Notes under the pieces: model-generated
What the model saw: the letters and a program-made list of their open reading frames with translations, nothing else
Told to the model about the DNA's origin: nothing
Databases searched by the model: none
Translations under genes and position numbers: made by a program
Part shown: positions 10,740 through 20,264 of the stretch, one piece after another
Layout: every line of letters starts with the position of its first letter
Position numbering within the stretch: the first letter of the stretch is position 1
Assembly (NCBI GenBank): GCA_046546105.1
Contig: JBKGYN010000003.1
Coordinates: 2,178 to 66,177 of the forward strand
Length of the DNA: 64,000 nucleotides
Origin: Candidatus Woesearchaeota archaeon
Lineage (GTDB): Archaea > Nanobdellota > Nanobdellia > Woesearchaeales > SKGA01
Reading direction: 5' to 3'

Positions 10740-11615
10740 TCAATTACTTCTATGTATCGACAGCTTGTGATGGGAGTAGGTGAGTTGCGCGCCGAAGAGA
10801 AGCACATGCGCGGAATAATACAGCCACAAGAGCATGAACAGTAGCGATCCTGCAAACCCGTAAGTGGTCAGCAGCGGCGCTACGGAGACATACCAACCGA
10901 TAAGAAGTCCTCCGAGAAGAAAGAGAAAAGTGGCTGTCCCTGCACCGAATGCCGCACTCTCCATGTTTATATGACGTTCTGAAAGAAAGCGATAGCTCGT
11001 GAAAAAGAATATGAAAACGAACACGATTGAGATGATAGTAAGAAACAGGTTGACGAGTACAGGCATCGAAAGCGAGGGAAATTGCGAGGCGAGTCGTGAT
11101 TGTATCGAGTGCAGCAGAATCCTTCCTATGACAAAGAGCCCGAAGCTGAGACCTGTGAGAAAGACAAGCAGAAAACCATACAAGTTCCGTTTGAGAAATA
11201 TCTTGACATTAAGCCGTAACGGTCGCGCCGTCCGGTAAATCATATCGATAGATTGCTTGACATGGATGATTGCCTGCGAAGCGAGAAAGAAAAGCGCTAT
11301 GAGACTCAATATGATGACCAGGATGTTTGTCTCGAGAATGTGAAAGCTTGAGACCAGACCCGAAAGGATTTCTGTAGCAGGCATACCAACAGTTTCTGAA
11401 AACACCAGGTAGAAGTGAGTGGTCACCAGCTCGGAGCGCAGGAATATCTGCAAAACCTCCATTATGATAAGAAGGAATGGTCCTAGCGAGAGGAGCGTGA
11501 AAAAAACAAGTGCAGCAGAGAGCCAGGTGATGTTTTTTTCATATGCCTCCTCTAGAGTGTTCGAAAAGACCTTTGCCAGGAACGAATAGCTTCTTTTTGT
11601 TGTCTTGCTGCCCAC
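10740..11615 (-). CDS. YihY/BrkB family membrane protein
   Basis: SAALVFFTLLSLGP N-terminal motif, YGFAGSLLFMLLWLYYSAHVLLFGA C-terminal motif, several TM segments. GAGGTG SD before GTG. Confidence 0.88.
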   Translation of the reverse strand: MGSKTTKRSYSFLAKVFSNTLEEAYEKNITWLSAALVFFTLLSLGPFLLIIMEVLQIFLRSELVTTHFYLVFSETVGMPATEILSGLVSSFHILETNILVIILSLIALFFLASQAIIHVKQSIDMIYRTARPLRLNVKIFLKRNLYGFLLVFLTGLSFGLFVIGRILLHSIQSRLASQFPSLSMPVLVNLFLTIISIVFVFIFFFTSYRFLSERHINMESAAFGAGTATFLFLLGGLLIGWYVSVAPLLTTYGFAGSLLFMLLWLYYSAHVLLFGAQLTYSHHKLSIHRSN

Positions 11616-11725
11616 ACACCCACCTCAATACCAGAATGATTGCATGAGACCGTATTTAAAAATTGCGATTAGGAAAACAGCAAATAGAAAGGGTTAAAAA
11701 TCCAAGAATCAAGGAATATGATACA

Positions 11726-11836
11726 ATGGTCGAAGATAGGGAGTTCATCAGGTGCCCGAAGTGCCATAAGAAAGTCCACGTGACCGAGAGTATCTGTCCT
11801 CACTGCGGAGAGCTTCTCAACCGCCCGATAGTTTAG
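11726..11836 (+). CDS. 36-aa zinc-ribbon microprotein (CPKC..CPHCG); not in ORF track
   Basis: Translates as MVEDREFIRCPKCHKKVHVTESICPHCGELLNRPIV*, with two CPxC knuckles. It fills the gap between yihY and the racemase. Confidence 0.75.
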   Translation: MVEDREFIRCPKCHKKVHVTESICPHCGELLNRPIV

Positions 11837-11841
11837 GATTA

Positions 11842-12915
11842 TCACTTGAAAACTTTCTTCACATATTGTGAGCCCATGAGTTTAGCCACGGCCATGTAAT
11901 CAGGCTTGAATCTTATCGTATCCCCGACCTGATACTCCGTCTCATTCTTAGTGAATCGATAGACCGTCATGTCAGAAGTCGTTCCGACAAACTCTACATC
12001 AGGATCCTTCGGCACCAGTAAGTGTTCATCGACATCAACGATACCGAAATCGACAATCGCCTTATAGTTAGTATCGCTTAATGTCTCTTTGGTCGAGATA
12101 TGACCCACATTTCCGTCAGAGATCGTTCCCACAGGCCGGTTCGGTTTCTCCCAGAACTCGATGATGTCAGTGGAGAATTCAAAAGAATCCGTGTGAAAGT
12201 CAAGAAACTGCTTATTATCATATGGTGATGTACCGAGAAAGATCGCTTCACCGATCCGGAAGTGGTTGATGAGGTTATCGACTTCGGGACCCAGAAGAGG
12301 AAGCGTTATAGAGGTCCCCCCTGAGATGAGATCTATCTTAGTGTCGAATCGTTGTTCGAGCAATTCCTTATACAGCGATAATTGTACCAGCTTATCATAG
12401 CTTGGCTCGACCCCATACATACAACCCAGGTTCGTCCCTATCCCCATGATCTTAACGTTCGAGAGGTTGAAAGCTCTAGTATACAGATCAACCAAATCCT
12501 TACCAAGGATCCCTTCGCGTAGTTCGCCGAGTTCGATCATGATGATCGTCTTATGGATTTTTCCCTGTCGTTTGGCCTCCTCATTTATATTCTCCATCGT
12601 GCGTAGTGTCGTGTTATAGGAGATGTCTGCATAGCGTACCACATCGTCCAGTTCATTCAATGAAGGAGGCTTGATATATGCAGTCGTGATGTCCGGATCG
12701 ATTTCTTTAATGGTCTTGAGATTAGTGATTCGGGAATCCCCTATCGAGTTTATATCTTTGATCACATCTGCAGACAGGACCTTTCTAAGCGCGTCCTTGC
12801 TACCGGCCAGCGCCTTAACTACAAGGGACCACTCCATCCCATGTTCTTTCATCAGCCTGTGTGTCTTCTCGATGTTAGAGATGATCTTTCCAGTATCAAT
12901 TATCAGTTCTGCCAT
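11842..12915 (-). CDS. PLP-dependent alanine/ornithine racemase family enzyme (fold type III)
   Basis: PLP lysine in VVK, GDSR..NL, MIELGELREGI, GTNLGC, SGGTS, RIGEA and SD motifs, as in ornithine-racemase-like proteins. Confidence 0.85.
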   Translation of the reverse strand: MAELIIDTGKIISNIEKTHRLMKEHGMEWSLVVKALAGSKDALRKVLSADVIKDINSIGDSRITNLKTIKEIDPDITTAYIKPPSLNELDDVVRYADISYNTTLRTMENINEEAKRQGKIHKTIIMIELGELREGILGKDLVDLYTRAFNLSNVKIMGIGTNLGCMYGVEPSYDKLVQLSLYKELLEQRFDTKIDLISGGTSITLPLLGPEVDNLINHFRIGEAIFLGTSPYDNKQFLDFHTDSFEFSTDIIEFWEKPNRPVGTISDGNVGHISTKETLSDTNYKAIVDFGIVDVDEHLLVPKDPDVEFVGTTSDMTVYRFTKNETEYQVGDTIRFKPDYMAVAKLMGSQYVKKVFK

Positions 12916-13031
12916 TTTCAAATCGTCTGTAATCCAAAAGAAAAGAAATCCAGATTAATATTTAATCATTTTTATTCAAGAGTAGTGAACTTGAGCAAGA
13001 TTTTTAAATTGAATTTCATTTTTTCTCTAGT

Positions 13032-14267
13032 ATGAAACAGCCGTATGTGTTCATCTCACCAGAATACACCAACTCCCGACCACTCATCGATCTCATGACT
13101 GGTTATGAGCCTATTTTTTTGTGTATCAACGCCCCGTATGATGATCCTAACACTATCGCATTCCCCCGGGCACGAACCCTGGAAGATTTCCGGAGGCTTA
13201 TCGATAATTCGCAGCAGATAAAGAACCTTATCGAAAACCTGAGCAGCAAAGAGAAGGTGTATCTCAAATCATTTGAAAACAGAAAAGAACTCACCAGCAT
13301 CCAACGGGGAAAACTGGAAGTCATCGGTCTTGATCATGTTACGCACAAGTTTTTCAGCGATAAGTGTAACCAGTATGAACTCCTGAAGAATGTTGTTCCC
13401 ATCGTCAATCACACAGTCACTGATAAGGAAAATGCAAAAGACCTTTTTGAAAAACATCAGACTGAGAACGGTACCTTCACATCATTGCCCTTCGGGTTCG
13501 GAGGTAATGGAGCGAAGGTGCATTCGGATAAGGAGCAGTTCTTGAAATACATACGTTCAGTGCCTGATGAGAAGTTCATCGTGGCAGATGCTAAACAGAT
13601 TCGAAGCAATTACTCGATTGAAGCCTTGATCGCTAACGAACATGAGATCGCTATCTTCGGACTTTCAGAATCAATTCTTGATGGTACCTGTTCGACAGCT
13701 GCCTGGTCTTCCCCCGAAATATCTCCTTCATTGAAACGTCAGATTACAGAAGCTGCGTATCATGCATCCAAGAAAATCGCGGAACAAGGATATTTCGGTT
13801 ATGCGGATCTTGACTTTTTCGTTGATAAGCAGGATAATCTGTATTTTGCGGAATTGAATCCTCGTTACGCCGCATCCACTGCTGAAAAAATGTGTGCTTT
13901 AGAACTCTCCCGTCCACCCGGACATCCGACCATTCCCGATCTTGAATTGATGATACATCAACAAAGGACCATGGGAATGTATTCGGTGTGGTCTGAACCT
14001 GAAAATATCAGATGGTATAAAGAAGAATTTTGGATGACTGATGGTGTGGTCATCAATGATTACTCCAGACCCGACATTTCTGAGCAGGAACTCTTCAGAC
14101 AGAAGGGAACAAACATTTATGGAGCTGCTAAGGTCGGAACAAGAATCGGCAGCGAGGAGAAAAAGATCGGCAAGTTAGTATCCGTCTATGATAATAACAT
14201 CACAAAGAACCAAGCGTACCAGCATGCTCAGCGCATCAAGAGCGAATTATTCCAAAAATCAGAATAA
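13032..14267 (+). CDS. ATP-grasp ligase (peptide-ligase-like)
   Basis: DK, glycine loop GFGGNG, and GYFGYADLDFF..LYFAELNPRY (ExNxR ATP-grasp signature). Confidence 0.8.
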   Translation: MKQPYVFISPEYTNSRPLIDLMTGYEPIFLCINAPYDDPNTIAFPRARTLEDFRRLIDNSQQIKNLIENLSSKEKVYLKSFENRKELTSIQRGKLEVIGLDHVTHKFFSDKCNQYELLKNVVPIVNHTVTDKENAKDLFEKHQTENGTFTSLPFGFGGNGAKVHSDKEQFLKYIRSVPDEKFIVADAKQIRSNYSIEALIANEHEIAIFGLSESILDGTCSTAAWSSPEISPSLKRQITEAAYHASKKIAEQGYFGYADLDFFVDKQDNLYFAELNPRYAASTAEKMCALELSRPPGHPTIPDLELMIHQQRTMGMYSVWSEPENIRWYKEEFWMTDGVVINDYSRPDISEQELFRQKGTNIYGAAKVGTRIGSEEKKIGKLVSVYDNNITKNQAYQHAQRIKSELFQKSE

Positions 14268-14272
14268 AAATT

Positions 14273-15214
14273 CTAAAGCGAATTATACTTATCTTCTACA
14301 GACTTGCAGATTGTTGATGCCAGATTGTACAAGCCATAGATCGTTCCCAGACCTGTTCCTGAACCATTTATCTCAAGCAAGTGATCTCCCTTGAAGTCGA
14401 TGGCCCCATAAAACAAGCCAGTCTGATCGATGGCATCATAGACAACATCGAGTTTCTGTTTTTCAAACGGTACGAAATAAGTGTCGATGGTTTTCTCCTT
14501 GCCGACATCCCCTGATCGGAGGAATTCCTGAGCGAATAAAGGTTTTCCAGCCATCACGATATATCGGTCTTCTTGTTTTGAGCTATTCACGCGTTCAAAG
14601 GAAGAATTCCTGATGACTTCTTCCGAGATAGATTCAAGCGATCTGTCTGGTGAAAGATACTCCACACCTCGAGCCATGAACCCTATATCGGGTTTGAGAA
14701 CGACACCATTTTCCTCTTTGATCAGATCGTAGAGCTCGTCCCGAGAATCCACTCTCCATGATTCGATAAATGGCAGATCAAGTTTTTTTTGCTCAGGTTT
14801 CAACTCGAAATAAGTGGTGCGAGCACTGTTCAGCATCAATGAAACCTGATTTTCAAGGTTGAATAGGTGGTTAAAAAACGTCCGTTCATTCTGGAATTTT
14901 GAGGACTCATCTTCCCCCAGCCCTCTGATGAAGACAACATCTGCATCAGGTCTCGAGTTCTCATTGATCTGTTCTGTCGAGACCGAGGATATATCTCTGG
15001 TAAACTGGTTCTCTCCGCCGTTGAGTTTCCATTCTGAAGCGAAATACACTCCAGAATCATCAGCTTTGATATCTCCAGGATGGATATACGTGACCTCATG
15101 ACCTCTTCTTGAGAACAGGTTGTAGAGATAGATATCTTCAGAAAACGAGACTTCCCCATTTTTTCGGTTGATGAAATCAGTCATTGATTTATTTGATGTG
15201 AACGTGATCTTCAT
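14273..15214 (-). CDS. ATP-grasp ligase, glutathione-synthetase (GshB)/RimK-like
   Basis: RGHEV, DVVFIR, VVLKPDIGFMARGV, EDR and AIDF..LLEING. Confidence 0.78.
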   Translation of the reverse strand: MKITFTSNKSMTDFINRKNGEVSFSEDIYLYNLFSRRGHEVTYIHPGDIKADDSGVYFASEWKLNGGENQFTRDISSVSTEQINENSRPDADVVFIRGLGEDESSKFQNERTFFNHLFNLENQVSLMLNSARTTYFELKPEQKKLDLPFIESWRVDSRDELYDLIKEENGVVLKPDIGFMARGVEYLSPDRSLESISEEVIRNSSFERVNSSKQEDRYIVMAGKPLFAQEFLRSGDVGKEKTIDTYFVPFEKQKLDVVYDAIDQTGLFYGAIDFKGDHLLEINGSGTGLGTIYGLYNLASTICKSVEDKYNSL

Positions 15215-15226
15215 ACTCTAACACCT

Positions 15227-16315
15227 CTAATTTGCTACTTCTATCTCTTCGTTCAGAAGTGTTGCTTTTGCAAGCTTTGTCTTTTGGACATGCTCATAGA
15301 CGAGCTTATCGAAATATTCAGCCACTCGTTCGCCAAAAGTTGGTCCGATATCGCTGTAATTGGCGTAGGCTGCAGGGTTCATCAGTTCTGCCTCGATAAC
15401 ATGAGGTTTCCCGTTGATTTCGATGAGATCGATCCTGCTATAATGAACAGAGTATCCCCAATCACGCCATACTTTCAGAACTGACCGTGCGAATGAGATC
15501 TCTTCTTCAGTGGGTTCGTAAACGGAAACTGTACCGCCCATTGATTCGTTTGACCGATACTCATCCTCTTTTTTCGGATTAGGCATCTTCAGTACTGCAT
15601 GCGAGAATTCATCACCGAGGAATACAAGGCTTTTCTCTCCGTTCTTTCCACTAGGATAATATTCCTGAGCGATATAGTGTTCCTTGTTAGCGATTTGCTC
15701 TTTGATTTCAGTGACCTCTGAAGTCTTGATCTGGCCAGCACCCCCTTCACCGACCTTAGGCTTGATGACGAATTCTTCTCCAGCTTCCATCCGAGCGATA
15801 ATATTCTCATCAAGATGGTACGTCTTTACAGAAGGTACATTCTCCCTGTTCAGGTCAATCAAGTATTCTTTCGATATGTTTTTCCGGATGGTTTTCGGAT
15901 CGTTGATGACAAGACCACCAGTATTTTCGAATACCTGTACCATCGAGAGGAATTTCTTCAGTGATAGCTCGTCTTTGGAAAATTCCAGAAATTGATAGAC
16001 AAAGAATATATCGATTTCGTTTATCGAGACCGGCTCGACAAATTTTTGTTCATTATATGAGAACATCCGGGAGAATCCAGTCCCATTGAAATCATGCCAG
16101 TTGACGAAGTAAACATCATAGTTTTTAAGCATAAGAGAATATGCGAAGTGGAGGGAATCCCGTTCATCGGTATTATAGTAGATCTCAAAGTGATTTTCGG
16201 TCGAGCGGACCCGGTCTTCTGCCAGAGTGAATAAGACTTTTTTCGAGGAGGTTTTCAGGACGTCATCAACAGTGATTGGTTTATGAAGTTTTTGGTCGGT
16301 CATCATAGCTGCCAC
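15227..16315 (-). CDS. ATP-grasp ligase, RimK/DcsG-like
   Basis: INDP..NISKEYL, VIKPKVGEGGAG, QEY..GEKSLVF..FSHAVLK, YRSN..GG and YSRIDL..IEAELMNP. Confidence 0.8.
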   Translation of the reverse strand: MAAMMTDQKLHKPITVDDVLKTSSKKVLFTLAEDRVRSTENHFEIYYNTDERDSLHFAYSLMLKNYDVYFVNWHDFNGTGFSRMFSYNEQKFVEPVSINEIDIFFVYQFLEFSKDELSLKKFLSMVQVFENTGGLVINDPKTIRKNISKEYLIDLNRENVPSVKTYHLDENIIARMEAGEEFVIKPKVGEGGAGQIKTSEVTEIKEQIANKEHYIAQEYYPSGKNGEKSLVFLGDEFSHAVLKMPNPKKEDEYRSNESMGGTVSVYEPTEEEISFARSVLKVWRDWGYSVHYSRIDLIEINGKPHVIEAELMNPAAYANYSDIGPTFGERVAEYFDKLVYEHVQKTKLAKATLLNEEIEVAN

Positions 16316-16605
16316 TCCGTTTTTAAGTAGACGAAAAATATATTATTTAAATTTTTAGTTTTTTAAAACTATATTAAATTAAATTTAAAGATCGAAAAAC
16401 AATATGAAAAAGGAAAAGAAAAGCAAATTGAACTTCATTGAAATAAAAAAGAAAAAATAAGATAAATTAATTAAAAATCCAAAAAAACCACTCAAAAATG
16501 GAAATGAATACACCCCCGAATTCCGAACCAAAACAAGACCCAGAACACACAACTTCAAAGACAGAAGATACCAAGACAAGGCATTGAAAAAATTCTTATA
16601 TATGA

Positions 16606-17604
16606 GTGATGCATCACGAAGCGATAATGATAAAAACCGGGACTAAAATCGATTTCAAGAAGTTTCGCCGATTGAAGATAGGTAAGAATACATTCAAGAA
16701 CACCGATCTTTCAATAGGGCTTGTAGCCCCTTCGTACTGGGTTTCGAAAAAGTCCCGACTGTTGGCTAAAGAACGGCTGAAACATCTCGGTTTCAGCAAG
16801 ATTGATGCTGAGTCAGATCTGTTCAAGAAAAGATATTTCTGGGGTGGAACCCCGAAACAGAGAGCCGAAGTCATCAACAAGTTCTTCAGCGACGATTCGA
16901 TTGACATCATCTGGTGTTTAAGAGGAGGCTTTGCTTCAATCGCGGTGCTTGAGCATCTTGATTTCGATACCATCGCAAATAACAAGAAGCTATTTATCGG
17001 CTACAGCGACATTACCACCTTGCAACTTGCTATGATGGCAAAATCAAACCTGCCATCTGTACAGTTCTACATGCCAGGAACAAAGAACTGGATGACCAGC
17101 GAGAACGACATCAAATACCTATCAGCAATCTTGACAGGTTCTGATTATAAAGCCAAAATCAAAGATAAGCAGATTTACACTTCAGGGTTTGCCGAAGGCC
17201 AGATCGTCGGCGGGTGCATGGACCTTGTGGTGTCAAGCCTGGGAACTCCTCATGAGATTGATACGGATGGCAAAATCCTGTTCATCGAGGATGCCAACAT
17301 CCCCCCTGACAGATTCTATAACATGCTTTATGTCTTGAAATTCGCAGGTAAACTCAAGAATCTTAAAGGTTTGATTGTCGGTAAGATCTATAATTGCAAA
17401 GACTACCAAGAGTATCTCCAGCTGTTCCTTGATGAACTCCGTGAAACAGTGACCTACCCCATCATCATCGATTATAAGTCAGGCCACACGTTTACAAAAA
17501 TTCCTATCCCGCTTGGCGGATACTGCGTTATCGACACCGATGCAAAAGAAACCCGTTTCTCATTCCCCGAATCATTCAAAGAGTTTCTTCCAGTAAAGCA
17601 GTAA
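16606..17604 (+). CDS. LD-carboxypeptidase / MccF-like serine peptidase (MEROPS S66)
   Basis: VAPS, RGG, catalytic Ser in GYSDIT, Glu in LFIED, His in SGH, and C-terminal PIPLG. The start could be 16627. Confidence 0.92.
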   Translation: MMHHEAIMIKTGTKIDFKKFRRLKIGKNTFKNTDLSIGLVAPSYWVSKKSRLLAKERLKHLGFSKIDAESDLFKKRYFWGGTPKQRAEVINKFFSDDSIDIIWCLRGGFASIAVLEHLDFDTIANNKKLFIGYSDITTLQLAMMAKSNLPSVQFYMPGTKNWMTSENDIKYLSAILTGSDYKAKIKDKQIYTSGFAEGQIVGGCMDLVVSSLGTPHEIDTDGKILFIEDANIPPDRFYNMLYVLKFAGKLKNLKGLIVGKIYNCKDYQEYLQLFLDELRETVTYPIIIDYKSGHTFTKIPIPLGGYCVIDTDAKETRFSFPESFKEFLPVKQ

Positions 17605-17783
17605 TGAAAAACCGTCAAAAACCTCTTAAAATAATTCTCAACACAAACCCAGGGAGTACGGCGAATCAGAAGTAAAGAAACAACCCACATTCATAAATAA
17701 ACCCATCAACACACCCAACCAGTATACAAAATACCATACAGAAACACAACATTTATATACTAGTTCTGTTATATACACGAACT

Positions 17784-18188
17784 ATGGTCGTTTTGTTTAA
17801 CCGGTTCAGCCTCCCTGACAACGTGTTGGAGATTGTCTTTGCGACGACACAACAAGTCGAGGTAGCGAAGCTCCTCATCGACAACATGAAACTCAACGGC
17901 AATGAGATCGGTAAGACAGAGATGAGCATGTTTGCCAGTGCGCTGCACGAAGGCAAGATTGTCGAACAAGAAGGTGAAGGTCCTTTCGGGAAAAAGAAAA
18001 AGGTGAAAGTGTCTTATAACAAACGTCAGTTTTACGATAGGATCTTGACACCCATGAAGACAATGGGCATGATCGAATACGACATGTACAAGAAAACGTA
18101 CAAACTGAGCGAGAGTTTCAATAAAGACATGATGCGCATCGGCCTGATGTGGCTTCAGGAGTTGCGTAAACCCCCTACAAACCAATAA
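17784..18188 (+). CDS. Hypothetical protein, probable winged-helix fold
   Basis: 134-aa ORF. YNKRQFYDRILTPMKTMGMIEYD..YKLS looks like a recognition helix plus wing. TATA-like TTTATATA at ~17752. Confidence 0.65.
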   Translation: MVVLFNRFSLPDNVLEIVFATTQQVEVAKLLIDNMKLNGNEIGKTEMSMFASALHEGKIVEQEGEGPFGKKKKVKVSYNKRQFYDRILTPMKTMGMIEYDMYKKTYKLSESFNKDMMRIGLMWLQELRKPPTNQ

Positions 18189-18486
18189 CCTCTCCTAAAC
18201 GGATGAGGTATATCGGTGCTTGAGGTTGGCAAAGATGGCTTGAAAGCCAGAATAGGAGTCTGGCCTCAAACAATCAATAACCACCCCCACATGACCACGA
18301 TTGGTCAAACACACCCAAACAAGTGGAAATCATGGTGACCCCATGATTTTCCTCTTATGGTGAACATCACATTGACCCCATAAGGAAGAAGTGGCCTCTA
18401 TGGTTTACCACTAAGTTCTTTACAAACCACCCCTCCCCTAACTACCCTCTCTCCATAGAGCGCCCCTTCTTCTTTTTCTTTTTTTT
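18188..18486. other. Intergenic array of six stem-loops ending in a T-tract (candidate structured RNA or operator array)
   Basis: Examples: TGACCA/TGGTCA 18292-18307, AAATCATGG/CCATGATTT 18327-18349, CTTATGG/CCATAAG 18354-18384, and GAAGAAG..CTCTATGG/CCATAGAG..CTTCTTC 18385-18472. Confidence 0.55.
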
Positions 18487-18508
18487 ATCACACAAAATCT
18501 TGATATTC

Positions 18509-18817
18509 ATGTGTTTCAAACAATTTAAAGAGCAGCATCGCCAGATTATAGAAAGCGAGAAGAACATCCAGATCAGAGAGCGTCATGAGCGCCGGATGAG
18601 ATATAACTACATAATATTTCTCATATTGTTTCTCGGAGGAGGCATATATATAGGACGCCAGTTCCTTTCATTCATCGAAGGTGGCATTTTTGCAATCCTG
18701 TTCTTGCTATATTACTTGTTTCTGGAATCTGTGCAAAAAGAATACGCCGAGTATACAGACAAGCTCATCAGAGAGCAAAACCAGAAGAAGAGAAACCCTC
18801 GCAGGAAAAAGAAGTGA
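18509..18817 (+). CDS. Small membrane protein (2 TM)
   Basis: Two hydrophobic segments flanked by charged tails. Confidence 0.65.
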   Translation: MCFKQFKEQHRQIIESEKNIQIRERHERRMRYNYIIFLILFLGGGIYIGRQFLSFIEGGIFAILFLLYYLFLESVQKEYAEYTDKLIREQNQKKRNPRRKKK

Positions 18818-18819
18818 AT

Positions 18820-19170
18820 CTACCAGCTTTTGATCTGGTCGATCACAGCATCGTGCCATTTGTTGACTATATCAAGCATCGTACTCTTGATGTACTCCTT
18901 GTTCTTGATAGAATACACGAAAGTATAACCGCCGCTTTCCAGATTGACCTGATGTTTGTTGACCAGTCCTTTGGCAACTAGTTTCTTGACCGCTTTTTGG
19001 ATAGTAGTCCGGTCCTTGCCTGATTGCTCGCCGATCGTTGTCGTGCACAACGGTTCGTCTTGGGATAAGAGGAATGTGAAGAGACCATATTCTGTCTTGT
19101 TGAGTTCGAAACTGCACATGACCAGTTCCTGGAAGTCAATGTTCTTGCATGCGAATGATAATCTCATCAT
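18820..19170 (-). CDS. Archaeal winged-HTH transcriptional regulator (TrmB-like HTH, N-terminal cysteines)
   Basis: C..F.LNKTE, DRTTIQKAVKKLV.KGLV and GGY.FVY. Last gene of the trxA-trxB run. Confidence 0.82.
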   Translation of the reverse strand: MMRLSFACKNIDFQELVMCSFELNKTEYGLFTFLLSQDEPLCTTTIGEQSGKDRTTIQKAVKKLVAKGLVNKHQVNLESGGYTFVYSIKNKEYIKSTMLDIVNKWHDAVIDQIKSW

Positions 19171-19208
19171 AGTTCACCCTCTGTATAGTTCAAGAAAATA
19201 AGGAAAGA

Positions 19209-20183
19209 TCACGAGACTTCCCGTTGCATCTTCTTCTCGTGCTCTTCACGCTCAAGAAGCCGTTGCGCCTCTAGTGCTGCCATGCAACCGCTTCCAGCGG
19301 CCGTCACTGCCTGACGATACACATGATCCTGGACATCCCCTGCTGCAAAGATTCCTGTAACGGATGTTCTTGTGTTCTCGGCCTTGAGGTAACCGACATC
19401 ATCCATCTCAAGAACGTCCTTGAAGAGTTCCGTATTCGGCTTGTGACCGATGGCTAGGAAGAGCCCGTCAGTTGTCATCTCTTCGACCTCTCCTGTCTTC
19501 GTATCCTTGACCTTCAGGCCAGTCACTTTCTCATCGCCGAGGACTTCATCCACGGTCTTGTTCGGTATGATCGTTATCTTCTCATTGTGTTTTGCCCTGT
19601 CGAGCATGATAGGTGATGCTTTGAATGTTTCTCGCCTGTTGAGGATAGTTACGCTCTTTGCGAAGTTCGTGAGGAAGTTCGCTTCTTCCATTGCTGAATC
19701 TCCGCCGCCGACAACGACAACATCCTTGTCCTTGAAGAAGAATCCGTCACAAGTAGCGCACGCAGACACTCCTTTACCCCGCATACGTTGTTCGCTCTCG
19801 ATACCGAGATATTTCGCTCTCGCACCTGTCGCGATAATCACAGTCTTCGCTTTGACCGTCTGCGCTCCTGTCGTGACCGTGAATGGTCGCTCTCCCATCT
19901 CGACATTCGTGACTTCTTCGAAGAAATCATCAGTTCCGAATCGTTTCGCTTGTTCTCGCATATCGTTCATGAGCTGTGTTCCTTGAATCCCTTTCGGAAA
20001 TCCGGGGAAGTTCTCGACTTCAGTAGTTGTTGTCAACTGCCCTCCAGGTTGCGTCCCTTCAAAGAGCGCTACTGAAAGGTTCGCTCGTGAAGCGTAGATC
20101 GCTGCTGTGAATCCTGCCGGTCCCGATCCTATAATGACAACGTCATAGAGTTTCTCGTTCGTTTGCTGTTCTGTCATTTTCAT
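19209..20183 (-). CDS. trxB: Thioredoxin-disulfide reductase
   Basis: IIGSGPAG, VENFPGF, CATCDG, GGGDSAMEEA, AAGDV and RQAVTAAGSG. Confidence 0.97.
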   Translation of the reverse strand: MKMTEQQTNEKLYDVVIIGSGPAGFTAAIYASRANLSVALFEGTQPGGQLTTTTEVENFPGFPKGIQGTQLMNDMREQAKRFGTDDFFEEVTNVEMGERPFTVTTGAQTVKAKTVIIATGARAKYLGIESEQRMRGKGVSACATCDGFFFKDKDVVVVGGGDSAMEEANFLTNFAKSVTILNRRETFKASPIMLDRAKHNEKITIIPNKTVDEVLGDEKVTGLKVKDTKTGEVEEMTTDGLFLAIGHKPNTELFKDVLEMDDVGYLKAENTRTSVTGIFAAGDVQDHVYRQAVTAAGSGCMAALEAQRLLEREEHEKKMQREVS

Positions 20184-20264
20184 TCCACCTTGTTCAAATC
20201 ACGATAGTGATGATTACGAAAACAAACATCACATGTAGAAAAAAAGAAAAAGCCAACCATACAC

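Noticed and set aside
16320..16600. Extremely AT-rich spacer and 64-aa Phe-rich ORF 16385..16579
   Set aside because: The ORF is an artefact of A-tracts. The region is best read as a divergent promoter spacer.
18188..18486. RNase P RNA or SRP RNA identity for the hairpin element
   Set aside because: The conserved P4 (GAGGAAAGTCC-type plus 3' partner) and SRP helix 8 motifs are not recognisable. It is kept only as an unknown element.
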